A stretch of DNA of 64,000 nucleotides from Candidatus Nealsonbacteria bacterium (lineage in GTDB: Bacteria; Patescibacteriota; Minisyncoccia; Minisyncoccales; JAUWAW01), in NCBI GenBank assembly GCA_030601865.1, contig JAUWAW010000001.1, positions 46,433 through 110,432 of the forward strand, in the 5' to 3' direction. Position 1 is the first letter of the stretch; every line of letters begins with the position of its first letter. The notes under the pieces were generated by a model that saw only the letters and a list, made by a program, of their open reading frames with translations, did no database searches and was not told where the DNA came from. The position numbers and the translations under genes were made by a program. Of the stretch, positions 24,051 to 34,229 are shown one piece after another.

Positions 24051-26042
24051 ATGACCTCAAAAATTAAGGATTCCTTAAAGTTATTTTCCCTTGAACGAGG
24101 TAAACAGTTTTTTAAAATCCTGAGTAAAAAAGAGAGAGTAATTTTTTTGGCTCTCGTGGTTTTATTCTTCGGTTCATCTATTTTTCTTTGTTTCAATTTT
24201 TATTTTAAACATAGCGAATTTCGCCCCACGTTTGGAGGAACTTACACCGAAGGTGTAATTGGCCAACCCCGCTGGATTAACCCCATCTACTCGCCCACCA
24301 ATGATGTTGACCGCGACCTGGTAGAACTTATTTTTTCGGGCTTGGTAAAATATAATGGGCAGGGCGAAATTATTCCTGACTTAGCCCGTGAATACAAAAT
24401 TAAAGAAGAAGGAAGGGTGTTTGAGTTTTATTTAAAAGAGAATTTGGTCTGGCAGGATGGCCAACCCTTAACCACCGACGATATAATTTTTACTGTCAAA
24501 ACGGTCCAGAATTCAGATTATAAAAGTCCTCTGCGAGCCAGCTGGTTGGGCGTTCAAACAGAAAAAATTTCCGACCTTGAAATTCGCTTTACATTAAAAG
24601 ACCCTTATCCTCCTTTCCTTGAAACGCTCAGCTTGAAAATCTTGCCCCAACATATCTGGGAGGATGTACCCCCGCAAAGATTTCCTTTGGCTCTCTACAA
24701 TCTTCAGCCTGTTGGCTCAGGCTCCTATAAATTAACAGAAATCAAGCAAGATAAATTGGGCTATATAAAATCTTTAGCTCTTCAAACCAATCAAAAATAT
24801 TTCGGCCAAAAACCATTTATTCCAAAAATCAATTTTTTATTTTTTGACAATGAAGAAAACCTAATTAAAGCTGCTAATCAAGAAGAAATTAATGGCTTCA
24901 GTGTATTTCTTAAAGATCCTTTCTTATTTGAAAACCGTTTCGTCCCTCATAATATAGTTTTGCCCAGGTATTTTGCTATCTTTTTCAATTCCAAACAATC
25001 AAAAATTTTAGCAGACGAAAAAATAAGGCAGGCCTTAAACTACGGCACAGACAAAAAAGCTATCTTAGACAATGTTTTTAGCTCTTTGGGAAAAATCGTC
25101 CACTCCCCTATCCTGCCTGATGTTTACGGCTATTCAAAACCTGAAAAAATTTACGTATTTGACTCCAGAAAAGCCAAAGAACTTTTGGAAAAAGCCGGCT
25201 TTCGGGACCAAGATGGGGATGGCAAAAGAGAAAAAATTCTTACAAAACAAAAAGCATCTGCTTTCAAAAACCAGCTTAAATCCGGAAGTCAGAGTGCTGA
25301 AGTGACGGAATTACAAAGATGTTTGGCTCAAGACCCCCAAGTTTATCCAGAAGGTGAAGTTATTGGCTATTTTGGACCAGCCACTAAAAGAGCGGTTATT
25401 AGATTTCAGGAAAAATACGCTCAGGAGATCTTAGAGCCCTCGGGACTGAAAAAAGGTACGGGAATTGTCGGCCCAAGCACAAGAAGCAAATTAAATGAAA
25501 TTTGCGGAAAAACTTCAGAGGAAATCTTGCCCCTTAAATTCTCTTTAGTCACAGTAGACCAACCGCCTTTAGTCCAAACAGCCCAACTTTTAAAAGAACA
25601 ATGGGGGGCTTTAGGAGTTGAAATTGAAATTAGAACGGTTGGGCTCTCGCAGCTTGAAAAAGATTTTATCAAAAAAAGAAATTACGAAAGTTTGTTGTTT
25701 GGCGAGGTCTTAGGTAGTATGCCCGACCCTTTTCCCTTCTGGCATTCATCTCAAAAAAACGACCCGGGTTTAAATTTAGCTCTCTATGAAAATAAAAAGG
25801 TGGATAAATTACTTGAAGAGGCGCGCCAATCCCTAAATCCAGAGGTAAGGGCGCAAAAATATGAGCAGTTTCAGGAAATCTTGATTGAAGACGCTCCCTG
25901 TGTCTTTTTATACAGCCCTGATTATCTTTATTTGGTTTCCAAAACAATCAAGGGAATAGATATGGAGATGATTGTTGACCCTTCAAAAAGGTTCAGTACC
26001 ATAGAAAATTGGTATATTAAAACAAAAAGAAAATGGAAATAA
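24051..26042 (+). CDS. Extracellular solute-binding protein family 5 (oligopeptide-type SBP) with inserted peptidoglycan-binding-like domain
   Basis: N-terminal signal/TM, an SBP_bac_5-like body, and an internal segment (SAEVTELQRCLA...GYFGPATKRAVIRFQEKY) resembling PG_binding_1. Confidence 0.65.
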   Translation: MTSKIKDSLKLFSLERGKQFFKILSKKERVIFLALVVLFFGSSIFLCFNFYFKHSEFRPTFGGTYTEGVIGQPRWINPIYSPTNDVDRDLVELIFSGLVKYNGQGEIIPDLAREYKIKEEGRVFEFYLKENLVWQDGQPLTTDDIIFTVKTVQNSDYKSPLRASWLGVQTEKISDLEIRFTLKDPYPPFLETLSLKILPQHIWEDVPPQRFPLALYNLQPVGSGSYKLTEIKQDKLGYIKSLALQTNQKYFGQKPFIPKINFLFFDNEENLIKAANQEEINGFSVFLKDPFLFENRFVPHNIVLPRYFAIFFNSKQSKILADEKIRQALNYGTDKKAILDNVFSSLGKIVHSPILPDVYGYSKPEKIYVFDSRKAKELLEKAGFRDQDGDGKREKILTKQKASAFKNQLKSGSQSAEVTELQRCLAQDPQVYPEGEVIGYFGPATKRAVIRFQEKYAQEILEPSGLKKGTGIVGPSTRSKLNEICGKTSEEILPLKFSLVTVDQPPLVQTAQLLKEQWGALGVEIEIRTVGLSQLEKDFIKKRNYESLLFGEVLGSMPDPFPFWHSSQKNDPGLNLALYENKKVDKLLEEARQSLNPEVRAQKYEQFQEILIEDAPCVFLYSPDYLYLVSKTIKGIDMEMIVDPSKRFSTIENWYIKTKRKWK

Positions 26043-26168
26043 ACTTTCCAAAACAATTTAATTATCCACAGTCCCCCCTTGACAAAGATTTTGCTTCTGC
26101 TATACTTAAAATAGTTAACCCCCCCTGCGACATCTTTTTGATCTCGCAGGGTTTAACTTTTATGCTTT

Positions 26169-26711
26169 ATGTCTAAAGTAAAGGTTTTTATTCAAGTTGA
26201 CGGGAGTAATTTTTATCACCGCCTTAAAGAATTAGAGTTAAGAAATCTTTTGGACTTTGATTATCAAAAATTTACACAATTTATTATAAACGAAGAGAAA
26301 GAAGAAATATCTCTGGCAAATTATTATATCGGCTCGATTCGAACAGAAGCAGATAACCCCAAAAGTCAAGAATTATGGAGAAATCAGAGAATTTTATTGG
26401 GCCGACTTCAAAAACAAGGTTTTAAAATCGGCTTTGGCCATATGTTAAAGACAGACACATATCACGAAAAAGGCGTTGATGTTTTAATTGCTGTTGATAT
26501 GTTAATTGCTGCTTATGAAAACTTGTATGATAAGATAATTTTAGTAAGTTCTGATACTGACTTGTTGCCCGCCATTCTCAAGACCAAGGAGTTAGGCAAA
26601 ACTGTTGAATACATTGGCTTCTCTCACAAAGCCAGTCATGCAATGATTGCCAATTGTTCTTCAAGTTATTTACTAAGAAAAGGTGATGTAGAGAAATTTC
26701 TAAAATTATGA
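26169..26711 (+). CDS. NYN-domain (LabA-like) protein
   Basis: VFIQVDGSNFYHRL...GVDVLIAVDMLIAAYENLYDKIILVSSDTDLLPA is the NYN nuclease-fold signature. Confidence 0.7.
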   Translation: MSKVKVFIQVDGSNFYHRLKELELRNLLDFDYQKFTQFIINEEKEEISLANYYIGSIRTEADNPKSQELWRNQRILLGRLQKQGFKIGFGHMLKTDTYHEKGVDVLIAVDMLIAAYENLYDKIILVSSDTDLLPAILKTKELGKTVEYIGFSHKASHAMIANCSSSYLLRKGDVEKFLKL

Positions 26712-26770
26712 CCAAAAACAAAAAAATATTTTATGGGGTTTTATGAAACAATTTGTGAGAATATTATACT

Positions 26771-27403
26771 ATGGAACTCAAAAAACCTGACATCCGTTAT
26801 CTTAATAATATGAAAGAGGTACTTTGTGACCAGGAGTGGGCAAAAGATGCTCCTAATCTTGAGCTTTATTATATGTATCGCTACACAAAACGCGACGGCG
26901 CTTTGAGATATGACATTACTGAAATCCCATTTCAAATGTTAGGCAAAGAATATGTTAAAACAAAAGGCCACAGTCACGCAGGCGCCGAAACCTACGAGGT
27001 TTTACAAGGCAAAGCTATCTTCCTTCTCCAAAAATGTAACGAGAAAAAACCTGACGAGAAGACTTCTCGTCAGGTTGAGGATGTTTATGCGGTTGAGGTA
27101 AAAAGTGGTGATAAGGTATTTATTCCTGCTCATTACGGACATGTAACCATTAATCCCGGACCCGAAGACCTCAAAATGGCAAATTGGGTTTCCGACGCAT
27201 TCAAGTCAGATTATTCCCTTTATCTTGAAAAACAAGGCGCTTGCTATTACTGTATTAAAGGAAATCGGCCCCCATCACTCTGCAAGAGTGAGGGGGTAAA
27301 CTGGATTAAAAACGAAAATTATGGTAAAGTGCCAGAACTAAGATTTGAAAAGCCAAACAAAAATATTCCTGAAGATTTAAAGAAAGCTTTGATGGGAGAA
27401 TAA
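26771..27403 (+). CDS. Cupin-type (archaeal-type) glucose-6-phosphate isomerase-like protein
   Basis: The KTKGHSHAGAETYEVLQGKA motif resembles the metal-binding motif (TKGHYH..E.Y) of Pyrococcus-type cupin PGI. This is a recollection-level match. Confidence 0.5.
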   Translation: MELKKPDIRYLNNMKEVLCDQEWAKDAPNLELYYMYRYTKRDGALRYDITEIPFQMLGKEYVKTKGHSHAGAETYEVLQGKAIFLLQKCNEKKPDEKTSRQVEDVYAVEVKSGDKVFIPAHYGHVTINPGPEDLKMANWVSDAFKSDYSLYLEKQGACYYCIKGNRPPSLCKSEGVNWIKNENYGKVPELRFEKPNKNIPEDLKKALMGE

Positions 27404-27409
27404 AATCTT

Positions 27410-27493
27410 GCCGCGGTGGTGAAACTGGTAAACACGTTAGCTTCAGGAGCTAATGCTTGCAAAAGCTTGAGAGTTCGAATCTCTCCCGCGGCA
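27410..27493 (+). tRNA. tRNA-Leu (anticodon CAG), type II with long variable arm
   Basis: Hand-folded: acceptor GCCGCGG/CCGCGGC, 3-bp D-stem, anticodon stem TTAGC/GCTAA with loop TTCAGGA, a variable arm hairpin GCTT-GCAA-AAGC, T-arm GAGAG-TTCGAAT-CTCTC, discriminator A. No CCA is encoded. Confidence 0.8.
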
Positions 27494-27551
27494 CAAATTA
27501 GGCGGGTGGGAGAAATCCCGTGGGGGTGCAAATCCTCCTGCCCGTACAACT

Positions 27552-29231
27552 ATGCAAAAAGCAAAACAACCCTATTTGCGGATTATTCCGCTGGGCGGCT
27601 TAGGGGAAGTGGGTCGCAATATGATGCTCTTAGAATACAAAAGAGCGATTTTGATTATTGATGTGGGTCTTCGTATGCCGGAAGAAGATATGCCCGGCAT
27701 TGACTATATTATTCCCAACATAAACTATCTCAAGGGAAGAAGCAAAGATGTGTTAGGTGTTGTTTTCACTCATGGACATTATGACCATATTGGCGCTGTC
27801 CCCTATTTGATAGAAAAGATTGGCAATCCTCCAATCTTTGCTTCACGACTGACCAAGGGAATTATTCTAAGAAGGCAAGAGGAATTTCCTCTCCAGCCCA
27901 AATTAGAAATTGAGGAAGTAAAAGACGGCTCTAAAATTCAGTTAGGTCCTTTTAAGATTGAGTTTTTCAAACAAAACCATAATATCCCGGATAATTTAGG
28001 TCTTTTTATTGAAACGCCAGTGGGAAATATTCTGCACACTTCTGATTTTAAGTTTGACCCGCATCCCATTTATGACAGGCCAACTGATTTTAGAAAACTC
28101 AATGACTTAGCCAGACGAAGAATTCTGCTCTTAATGTCTGATTCAACCGGAGCAGAAAACGAAGGTCATTCTTTTTCTGAAAAAACCATTATGGAGAACT
28201 TGGAAGAAATCTTTAAGCAGGCAAAGGGCAGAATAATTGCCGCTACTTTTGCTTCCCTGATTAACAGAATTCAGCAGATTATTACTTTGTCTGAAAAATA
28301 TAAAAGAAAAGTGGTGCTTGAGGGCTATAGTATGAAAAACTATGTAGAACTCGCCAAGACGCTTGGTTATCTCAAAATGGAAAAAAACACTCTTATTAAG
28401 GCAAAAGAAGCAAGAAATTTTCCTGATTCAAGAATCACTATTTTATGCACCGGAGCCCAGGGCGAAGGTTCGGCCGCCCTGATGAAAATCGCCAACAAAG
28501 AGCATAAATATATTCGGCTAAGAAGGGACGACTCGGTTATTCTTTCTTCTTCGGTAATCCCTGGCAATGAAAGAACAGTACAAATTGTCAAGGATGAAAT
28601 TTTGCGGCAAAAAGCCAAGGTCTTTCACTACAAGATGATGGATATTCATGCCGGGGGCCACGGCCAGCAGGAAGAATTATTAGAAATGCTCAAGATTATG
28701 CGGCCGAAATGTTTTCTGCCCATCCATGGCCAAATTTCAATGTTAGTGGCTCATAATGAACTTGCCAAAGCCGCGGGTCTAAGCGAAAAAAATGTGCTTC
28801 TAATAGAAAACGGTCAGATAATTCGGCTTTTCGCTAACGGGATTTCTGTTGAAAAAAAACGAGCGGCTCATTACTATGTCATGGTTGATGGCTTGGGCAT
28901 AGGAGATATTGGCGAGGTTGTTTTGCGCGATCGCCAGATGTTAGCCAAAGATGGTATGTTTGTCATTGTGGCGGTGGTTGATAGGCAAACAGGCAAAGTC
29001 AAAAGTTCTCCCGACATTATCTCCAGGGGCTTTGTTTATTTACGGGAGTCAAAACAACTTTTGGCTGAAACTCGCAAAAAAGTTATTGCCATTGTTAATA
29101 AAGCAGCTGGCAAAGGGGGAGCAGTCAACTGGGCTTATATTAAAGATGAAATCCGCAACAAAATCGGCCAGTTTCTGTATAAGAAAACACAACGTCGACC
29201 CATAATTTTACCCGTTGTTATAGAAGTGTAA
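27552..29231 (+). CDS. rnj: Ribonuclease J (metallo-beta-lactamase / beta-CASP)
   Basis: LRIIPLGGLGEVGRNMM plus HTHGHYDHIGAVPYL and the beta-CASP and C-terminal domains. Confidence 0.85.
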   Translation: MQKAKQPYLRIIPLGGLGEVGRNMMLLEYKRAILIIDVGLRMPEEDMPGIDYIIPNINYLKGRSKDVLGVVFTHGHYDHIGAVPYLIEKIGNPPIFASRLTKGIILRRQEEFPLQPKLEIEEVKDGSKIQLGPFKIEFFKQNHNIPDNLGLFIETPVGNILHTSDFKFDPHPIYDRPTDFRKLNDLARRRILLLMSDSTGAENEGHSFSEKTIMENLEEIFKQAKGRIIAATFASLINRIQQIITLSEKYKRKVVLEGYSMKNYVELAKTLGYLKMEKNTLIKAKEARNFPDSRITILCTGAQGEGSAALMKIANKEHKYIRLRRDDSVILSSSVIPGNERTVQIVKDEILRQKAKVFHYKMMDIHAGGHGQQEELLEMLKIMRPKCFLPIHGQISMLVAHNELAKAAGLSEKNVLLIENGQIIRLFANGISVEKKRAAHYYVMVDGLGIGDIGEVVLRDRQMLAKDGMFVIVAVVDRQTGKVKSSPDIISRGFVYLRESKQLLAETRKKVIAIVNKAAGKGGAVNWAYIKDEIRNKIGQFLYKKTQRRPIILPVVIEV

Positions 29232-29254
29232 AAAAGTTAAGATATATAAAATAT

Positions 29255-30232
29255 ATGCGTGTTTTTTCGGGCATTCGGCCCACCGGCGATATTCATATAG
29301 GCAATTATTTGGGAGCCATAAAAAATTGGGTCAATTTGCAAGATAAAGCAGATTGTATTTTTTGTATTGTTGATTTACATGCTTTGACTACCCCTTACAA
29401 AGCAAAAAAGCTGCAAAAAAACATTTTTGACTTAGCTGTCACTTATTTGGCAGCTGGTCTTAACCCCAAAAGATGTATCTTTTTTGTCCAGTCACAAGTC
29501 AAAGCACACGTTGAATTAGCTTGGCTTCTGTCAACCATTACTCCGCTCGGCGAACTGCAACGAATGACCCAATTCAAAGAAAAATCAACCAAACACCCAG
29601 AAAGCATCAATGCCGGACTTTTAAATTACCCGGTTTTGATGGCCGCTGACATTTTGCTTTACCAAACCGATATTGTGCCAGTAGGCCAAGACCAAAAACA
29701 ACATGTAGAATTAGCCCGAACCATTGCCCGAAAGTTCAACCAACGATTTGGCAAGGTTTTCAAAGAGCCAAAGGTCCAGCTGCAAAAAATCGGAGCTAAA
29801 ATAATGTCTCTGCAAAATCCAAATAAAAAAATGTCCAAAACCGACTCCCCTGCTTCTTATATCGGCCTGTTTGAAAATCCCAGAGAAATCAAACAAAAAA
29901 TAATGGCAGCAATGACTGACTCGGGCAAAGAAATAATATATAATCCCAGCAGAAAACCAGGTATTTCTAATCTCTTAAGTATTTATTCTCTTTTCAGCGG
30001 CAAAACAATTAAACAAATAGAAAAAGAGTTTAAAGGTAAGGGTTATGCTCAATTCAAAAAATCTTTGGCTCAAGTTCTAATAAAATCTCTTGCGCTATTT
30101 CGTGAAAAAAGAAAAGAACTTTTGAAAAACAGAACAAAAGTTCAAAAAATCCTTGAAAACGGCGCCAAAAAAGCCCAGACAATCGCTAATAGCACAATGG
30201 AACAAGCCAAGAAAAGAATGGGCCTTAATTAA
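29255..30232 (+). CDS. trpS: Tryptophanyl-tRNA synthetase
   Basis: The HIGH-region variant (TGDIHIGNYLGA) and KMSKT motif. Confidence 0.9.
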   Translation: MRVFSGIRPTGDIHIGNYLGAIKNWVNLQDKADCIFCIVDLHALTTPYKAKKLQKNIFDLAVTYLAAGLNPKRCIFFVQSQVKAHVELAWLLSTITPLGELQRMTQFKEKSTKHPESINAGLLNYPVLMAADILLYQTDIVPVGQDQKQHVELARTIARKFNQRFGKVFKEPKVQLQKIGAKIMSLQNPNKKMSKTDSPASYIGLFENPREIKQKIMAAMTDSGKEIIYNPSRKPGISNLLSIYSLFSGKTIKQIEKEFKGKGYAQFKKSLAQVLIKSLALFREKRKELLKNRTKVQKILENGAKKAQTIANSTMEQAKKRMGLN

Positions 30233-30247
30233 TCCATAACTTGGTGA

Positions 30248-30296
30248 ATGGTCTAAAACCCGAGGTTGTTTGGTCTAACCTCGGGTTTTAGACCAT
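30248..30296 (+). terminator. Hairpin downstream of trpS (ATGGTCTAAAACCCGAGGTT / AACCTCGGGTTTTAGACCAT, 9-nt loop)
   Basis: Perfect 20-bp inverted repeat beginning 16 nt after the trpS stop. Confidence 0.55.
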
Positions 30297-30368
30297 TGCT
30301 TTGCTTGCCTTGTTTTTTCATCACTGAATAATCTCTAAGTATGTGCGGCAATGAAAGGAGAAGGTATA

Positions 30369-30842
30369 ATGGCTGATTGGACTGATTTTATCAAAGAACA
30401 AGAAAAAGCAATACAAGAATTCGTTGGCGAAGAGAAAGTCATCGTGGCTCTCTCTGGGTGTATGGACAGCTCACTAACTACTATGTTAGTCCATCATGCT
30501 CTAAAGAAAGACCAAGTTTCGATGATCACCATCGACGACGGACTCAGAAGGAAAGGCGAACCTCAATGGGTAGTCAACACCTTTGCCAGCTTAGGCATTA
30601 AAGTAGGAACTCTAATAGTGAATCCTAAGTGGCTATTTTCTTCCTTGGGTCAAGCCAGGAATCCAGAAGTGAAAAGAGCAAGGTTTCGCTCTTTCTTTTA
30701 CAAAACCCTTGCTAGTCACGCTGAAAAAACAGGAGCTAAGGTTCTCTTTCAGGGAACCAATAGGGCCGATGTCCAGGAGACGGTTGGTGGTGTTAAACTC
30801 CAACATAAAAAAGTAAATCATTCCCAATCCTCCTTAGGGTAA
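30369..30842 (+). CDS. PP-loop ATP pyrophosphatase fragment resembling the GMP synthase ATP-PPase domain (truncated; possible gene remnant)
   Basis: VIVALSGCMDSS (the SGGxDS variant) and VLFQGTNRADVQETVGG resemble GuaA, but the ORF stops before the dimerisation domain. The probable start is at 30369, preceded by AAAGGAGAAGG. Confidence 0.45.
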   Translation: MADWTDFIKEQEKAIQEFVGEEKVIVALSGCMDSSLTTMLVHHALKKDQVSMITIDDGLRRKGEPQWVVNTFASLGIKVGTLIVNPKWLFSSLGQARNPEVKRARFRSFFYKTLASHAEKTGAKVLFQGTNRADVQETVGGVKLQHKKVNHSQSSLG

Positions 30843-30903
30843 TATGATAAATTTCTCCATTGACAAATTCGTATCTTCGTTGAGGCATAAAGTTAGTTAA
30901 CAG

Positions 30904-30950
30904 CGTTCCGATCCCTGTAAAATTTACGGGGATCGGAACGTTGTTTTTTT
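30904..30950 (+). terminator. Rho-independent terminator (12-bp GC-rich stem CGTTCCGATCCC / GGGATCGGAACG followed by TTGTTTTTTT)
   Basis: Perfect stem, 13-nt loop and a T-run. Confidence 0.7.
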
Positions 30951-30992
30951 GATTAGCCACTGGTCCAGTTTTCACCGATTTCGGGGACGCTA

Positions 30993-31784
30993 CTATTTAC
31001 TATTTAATAATTTCAGAAATTCATTGTGGATTTTGCCGTTTGTTATAATAAGATGGCTTACGTTCTGGCCATGAAATTTCCCATCCAAGCCAGTAATTGT
31101 AGCGCCGGCTTCTTTGGCAATGACTATGCCTGCCGCTACATCCAGCACTTCCTCTTTCCCGCTTAGGTCAAAATATGCCTCATAGCCGCCCTGCGCAATA
31201 AAGCAACAAGCAAAACCTCCTAAGCCCAGAGCGCGAAAACGATAAGCATGCTTAGAAATTAATTCTAATCTTTTTGAAAACAGTTTATGTTCTTCTACTC
31301 TTAACTTATCACTGGAAGCCATATCCAAATAAATTATTGCTTCTTTGAGATTATCAATATCTGAAACTCTAATTCTTTTGTTGTTACAGAAAGCCCCTTT
31401 GTCTTTCTCTGCCCAATATAAATCGCCTATTGTGAGCAGGTAAATAACGCCAATAATCGGTTCATCTCCCTTCCATAAAGCGATTGAGACATTAAAAAGT
31501 TTGATTCCCTTGGCATAATATTTAGTGCCGCATAAAGCATCAAGTATCCAAAGATAGTCGCTATCGCCTTTAATCCTTCCGTATTCCTCACCGTCAATTT
31601 GGTGGCTAGGATACTTCTGTTTAATTTTTTCTATAATTATTTTTTCGGCCTCTAAATCCATATTAGTCAGAATATCTCGTTTGTCGGCTTTAGTTTTTTC
31701 TACCCTGACTCTATCAAATCCATTCATTAAAATCTCTCCTGCCTCTTTAGCGAGTTCTATAGCAAATTTTAATTCTTCACTCAT
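30993..31784 (-). CDS. Inositol monophosphatase family protein
   Basis: IMPase-fold motifs (WILDALCGTKYY is a variant of WIIDPLDGT; GKEEVLDVAAG). Confidence 0.7.
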   Translation of the reverse strand: MSEELKFAIELAKEAGEILMNGFDRVRVEKTKADKRDILTNMDLEAEKIIIEKIKQKYPSHQIDGEEYGRIKGDSDYLWILDALCGTKYYAKGIKLFNVSIALWKGDEPIIGVIYLLTIGDLYWAEKDKGAFCNNKRIRVSDIDNLKEAIIYLDMASSDKLRVEEHKLFSKRLELISKHAYRFRALGLGGFACCFIAQGGYEAYFDLSGKEEVLDVAAGIVIAKEAGATITGLDGKFHGQNVSHLIITNGKIHNEFLKLLNSK

Positions 31785-33204
31785 AAATTTGGCTCACGCC
31801 TGTGTCGTTTACATATTGACATTCTTCGGCTTTTAATAAATTAATTAGTTCTTTTAATTTCGCTTCAAGTAGTCCCCTATCATTTGCCTCAACGCAAAGC
31901 CGAATCAGCGGGTCATTTGCCGATGGCCGAATATTGAAATTCCAGTCAGGATAGCGCACAGTTAAAGTATCAAAATCAGAAATCTCTCCATCAGAATACT
32001 TTTCTCTAACTTTGTCTAAAACCTTATTCATTACCTCCAGCGCCTCGGGAGTCAAATCATCAGTGATAGCAAAACCGGGCAAAGAAAAATTATATTCGCC
32101 GCTCACTGGATATTGAATACGCGCCTCTCTTGTTAATTGACCTAAACTTTTGCCAGATTCTGAAATTATTTGAAAAATCTGACAAAGGGCTATTAAACTA
32201 TTTTCCACCATATAATTGTCGAAATTATAATATATATGACCGGAACATTCAGCGCCAAATAAAGCGTTTTCTTTTCTCATCCGGTTCTTAAAAAAGGCGT
32301 GGCCTACTAACTCTATTTTAGGAATTCCTCCGCTTTCAATAATCTTCTTTTTGATATAACGAGTGGCTCGTATGTCATACAGAATTACTCGTCCTGGCTC
32401 CTTTCTGCACATCATTTCAGTAATTAAAGTATTGAGATAAACTCCGAAAATAAAATCGCCATTTTCGTCAATAAAAAATATTCTATCGGCATCGCCGTCA
32501 AAAGCCACGCCTAAGTCCGCCTTAACTTCTTGCACTTTCTTTACTAATTGTTCTCTATTCTCTTTCAAAAAAGGATTAGGGGGATGGCCAGGGTAATGAC
32601 CATCTAACTGCCAATTAAGTTTGATAAATTCTATTTGCGGCAGGTATTTTTCTAAATGGTCTATTTCTAAACTGCCAACCGCATTTGAAGCGTCCACTAC
32701 AACCTTCAAAAGTTTTATCTTGTTAACATCAACAAACGATAGAACCCTGGCAATAAAATCCTGCCAGATATTTTTTTGAGTTAATTTCCCTTTTTTTTCA
32801 GCTCCTACCTCTTGATAATTTAGATAATTTTCTTTTAATTTCTCCATGCCAAAGCCCTGGCCAAAAGGAGTTGCCCCGGGCCCAATAATCTTTATGCCGC
32901 TTAAATGGCCGGCGGAATGAGAAGCAGTAATCTCCAGACCAATATCAAATTTATAATGACCAGCGGCAAAATAGACCACATCAGTTCCTGCCAGCCCAAT
33001 ATCAGTAACGTCAGACCCCTGGTCAAGCACTCCTTTAATTAATGCTTTGTGGATTTTGGGCGTAACCAAACTTACATCGCGTCCAACCACTACATTTTTA
33101 GCATTAAAAGTACGCACCAAAATCCTGGCAATAGTATAGACAATATTGTCATTAATATCTTTGGGATACTCCCCTCGGATATCATAAGCGCGAAAAATCT
33201 CCAT
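31777..33204 (-). CDS. Phosphoglucomutase/phosphomannomutase family protein
   Basis: Alpha-D-phosphohexomutase motifs (ITASHS...GIKI, GVAFDGDADRIFFIDENG). Confidence 0.85.
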   Translation of the reverse strand: MEIFRAYDIRGEYPKDINDNIVYTIARILVRTFNAKNVVVGRDVSLVTPKIHKALIKGVLDQGSDVTDIGLAGTDVVYFAAGHYKFDIGLEITASHSAGHLSGIKIIGPGATPFGQGFGMEKLKENYLNYQEVGAEKKGKLTQKNIWQDFIARVLSFVDVNKIKLLKVVVDASNAVGSLEIDHLEKYLPQIEFIKLNWQLDGHYPGHPPNPFLKENREQLVKKVQEVKADLGVAFDGDADRIFFIDENGDFIFGVYLNTLITEMMCRKEPGRVILYDIRATRYIKKKIIESGGIPKIELVGHAFFKNRMRKENALFGAECSGHIYYNFDNYMVENSLIALCQIFQIISESGKSLGQLTREARIQYPVSGEYNFSLPGFAITDDLTPEALEVMNKVLDKVREKYSDGEISDFDTLTVRYPDWNFNIRPSANDPLIRLCVEANDRGLLEAKLKELINLLKAEECQYVNDTGVSQIYE

Positions 33205-33254
33205 AATTCAAAATGGGGTTGATTTTAAGACCATTTTCATTATATACTTAAAAT

Positions 33255-34229
33255 ATGTCGTTTTCAATAGGCATTATTGGTCTGCCCAATGCGGGCAAGT
33301 CCACCCTATTTAAGGCCTTAACCAAAAAAGAGGTTGAAATCGCTCCCTATGCTTTTACCACTCGAGACCCCAATATTGGTATTGTTTCTGTTCCCGATAT
33401 AAGGTTAAAAAAAATTGCTGAAAAGATAAAGCCCCAAAAAATAACCCCCACTTTTATTAAATTTGTAGATATCGCTGGGTTGGTAAAAGGTGCCCATAAG
33501 GGAGAGGGTCTAGGCAACCAATTTTTGGCACATATTAGAAACTGCGATGCTGTGGTGGAGGTGGTGCGAGCTTTTGAAAACGCTGAAATAGAACATGTTG
33601 AGGGCTCTGTTGAGCCAAAAAGAGACATTGACATAATTAAAACAGAACTCTTGATGAAAGATTTGGAAATTTTGGAAAAATGCGGTCTTTTTCCAAAAAT
33701 TAAAGAGCAAGTATCTCAAGACAAACTAATTTCAGAAATGAATCTGTCGGAAGAAGAAAAACTTGCCATCAAAGAGTATCAATTTTTAACTGAAAAGCCC
33801 AGAGTTTTTGTTTTTAATGTATCGGGAGGCCATCCCGATAGGAGCGACGAAACGCTTTCTCTGGATCTCAAGTTAGAAGAAGAACTTTCTGAACTCTCAG
33901 AAGCAGAAGCAGAAGAATTAGGCATGGACTCCCAACTTGATAAATTAATCACCGCCTGCTACAATATCCTTGACCTGATTACTTTTTTTACTGTCACCGG
34001 GGGGAAAGAGACCAGGGCCTGGACTCTAAAAAAAGATTCAAAAGTGTTTGAAGCAGCTGGCTACGTCCATTCTGATTTTGCGGAAAAATTTATCAAAGCC
34101 GAAGTCATTCCCTGGCAACAATTAGTAGAAGCTCAATCCTGGACAGGGGCCCGTGAAAAAGGCTGGCTCAGAACAGAAGGAAAAGAGTATATAGTCAAGG
34201 ACGGAGATGTAATTGAATTCAAAATATAA
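33255..34229 (+). CDS. ychF: Ribosome-binding ATPase YchF (Obg-family) with C-terminal TGS domain
   Basis: GIIGLPNAGKSTLFKALT and FTTRDPNIGIV, followed by a TGS-like C-terminus. Confidence 0.9.
   Translation: MSFSIGIIGLPNAGKSTLFKALTKKEVEIAPYAFTTRDPNIGIVSVPDIRLKKIAEKIKPQKITPTFIKFVDIAGLVKGAHKGEGLGNQFLAHIRNCDAVVEVVRAFENAEIEHVEGSVEPKRDIDIIKTELLMKDLEILEKCGLFPKIKEQVSQDKLISEMNLSEEEKLAIKEYQFLTEKPRVFVFNVSGGHPDRSDETLSLDLKLEEELSELSEAEAEELGMDSQLDKLITACYNILDLITFFTVTGGKETRAWTLKKDSKVFEAAGYVHSDFAEKFIKAEVIPWQQLVEAQSWTGAREKGWLRTEGKEYIVKDGDVIEFKI

Noticed and set aside
27416-27661. 81-aa ORF overlapping tRNA-Leu
   Set aside because: It spans a confidently folded tRNA and the rnj start region. Spurious.
28446-28471. 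CAGGGCG...CGCCCTG inverted repeat inside rnj
   Set aside because: Only a 7-bp stem with a 10-nt loop, and the encoded GAQGEGSAAL looks like native RNase J sequence. Not convincing as an inserted element.
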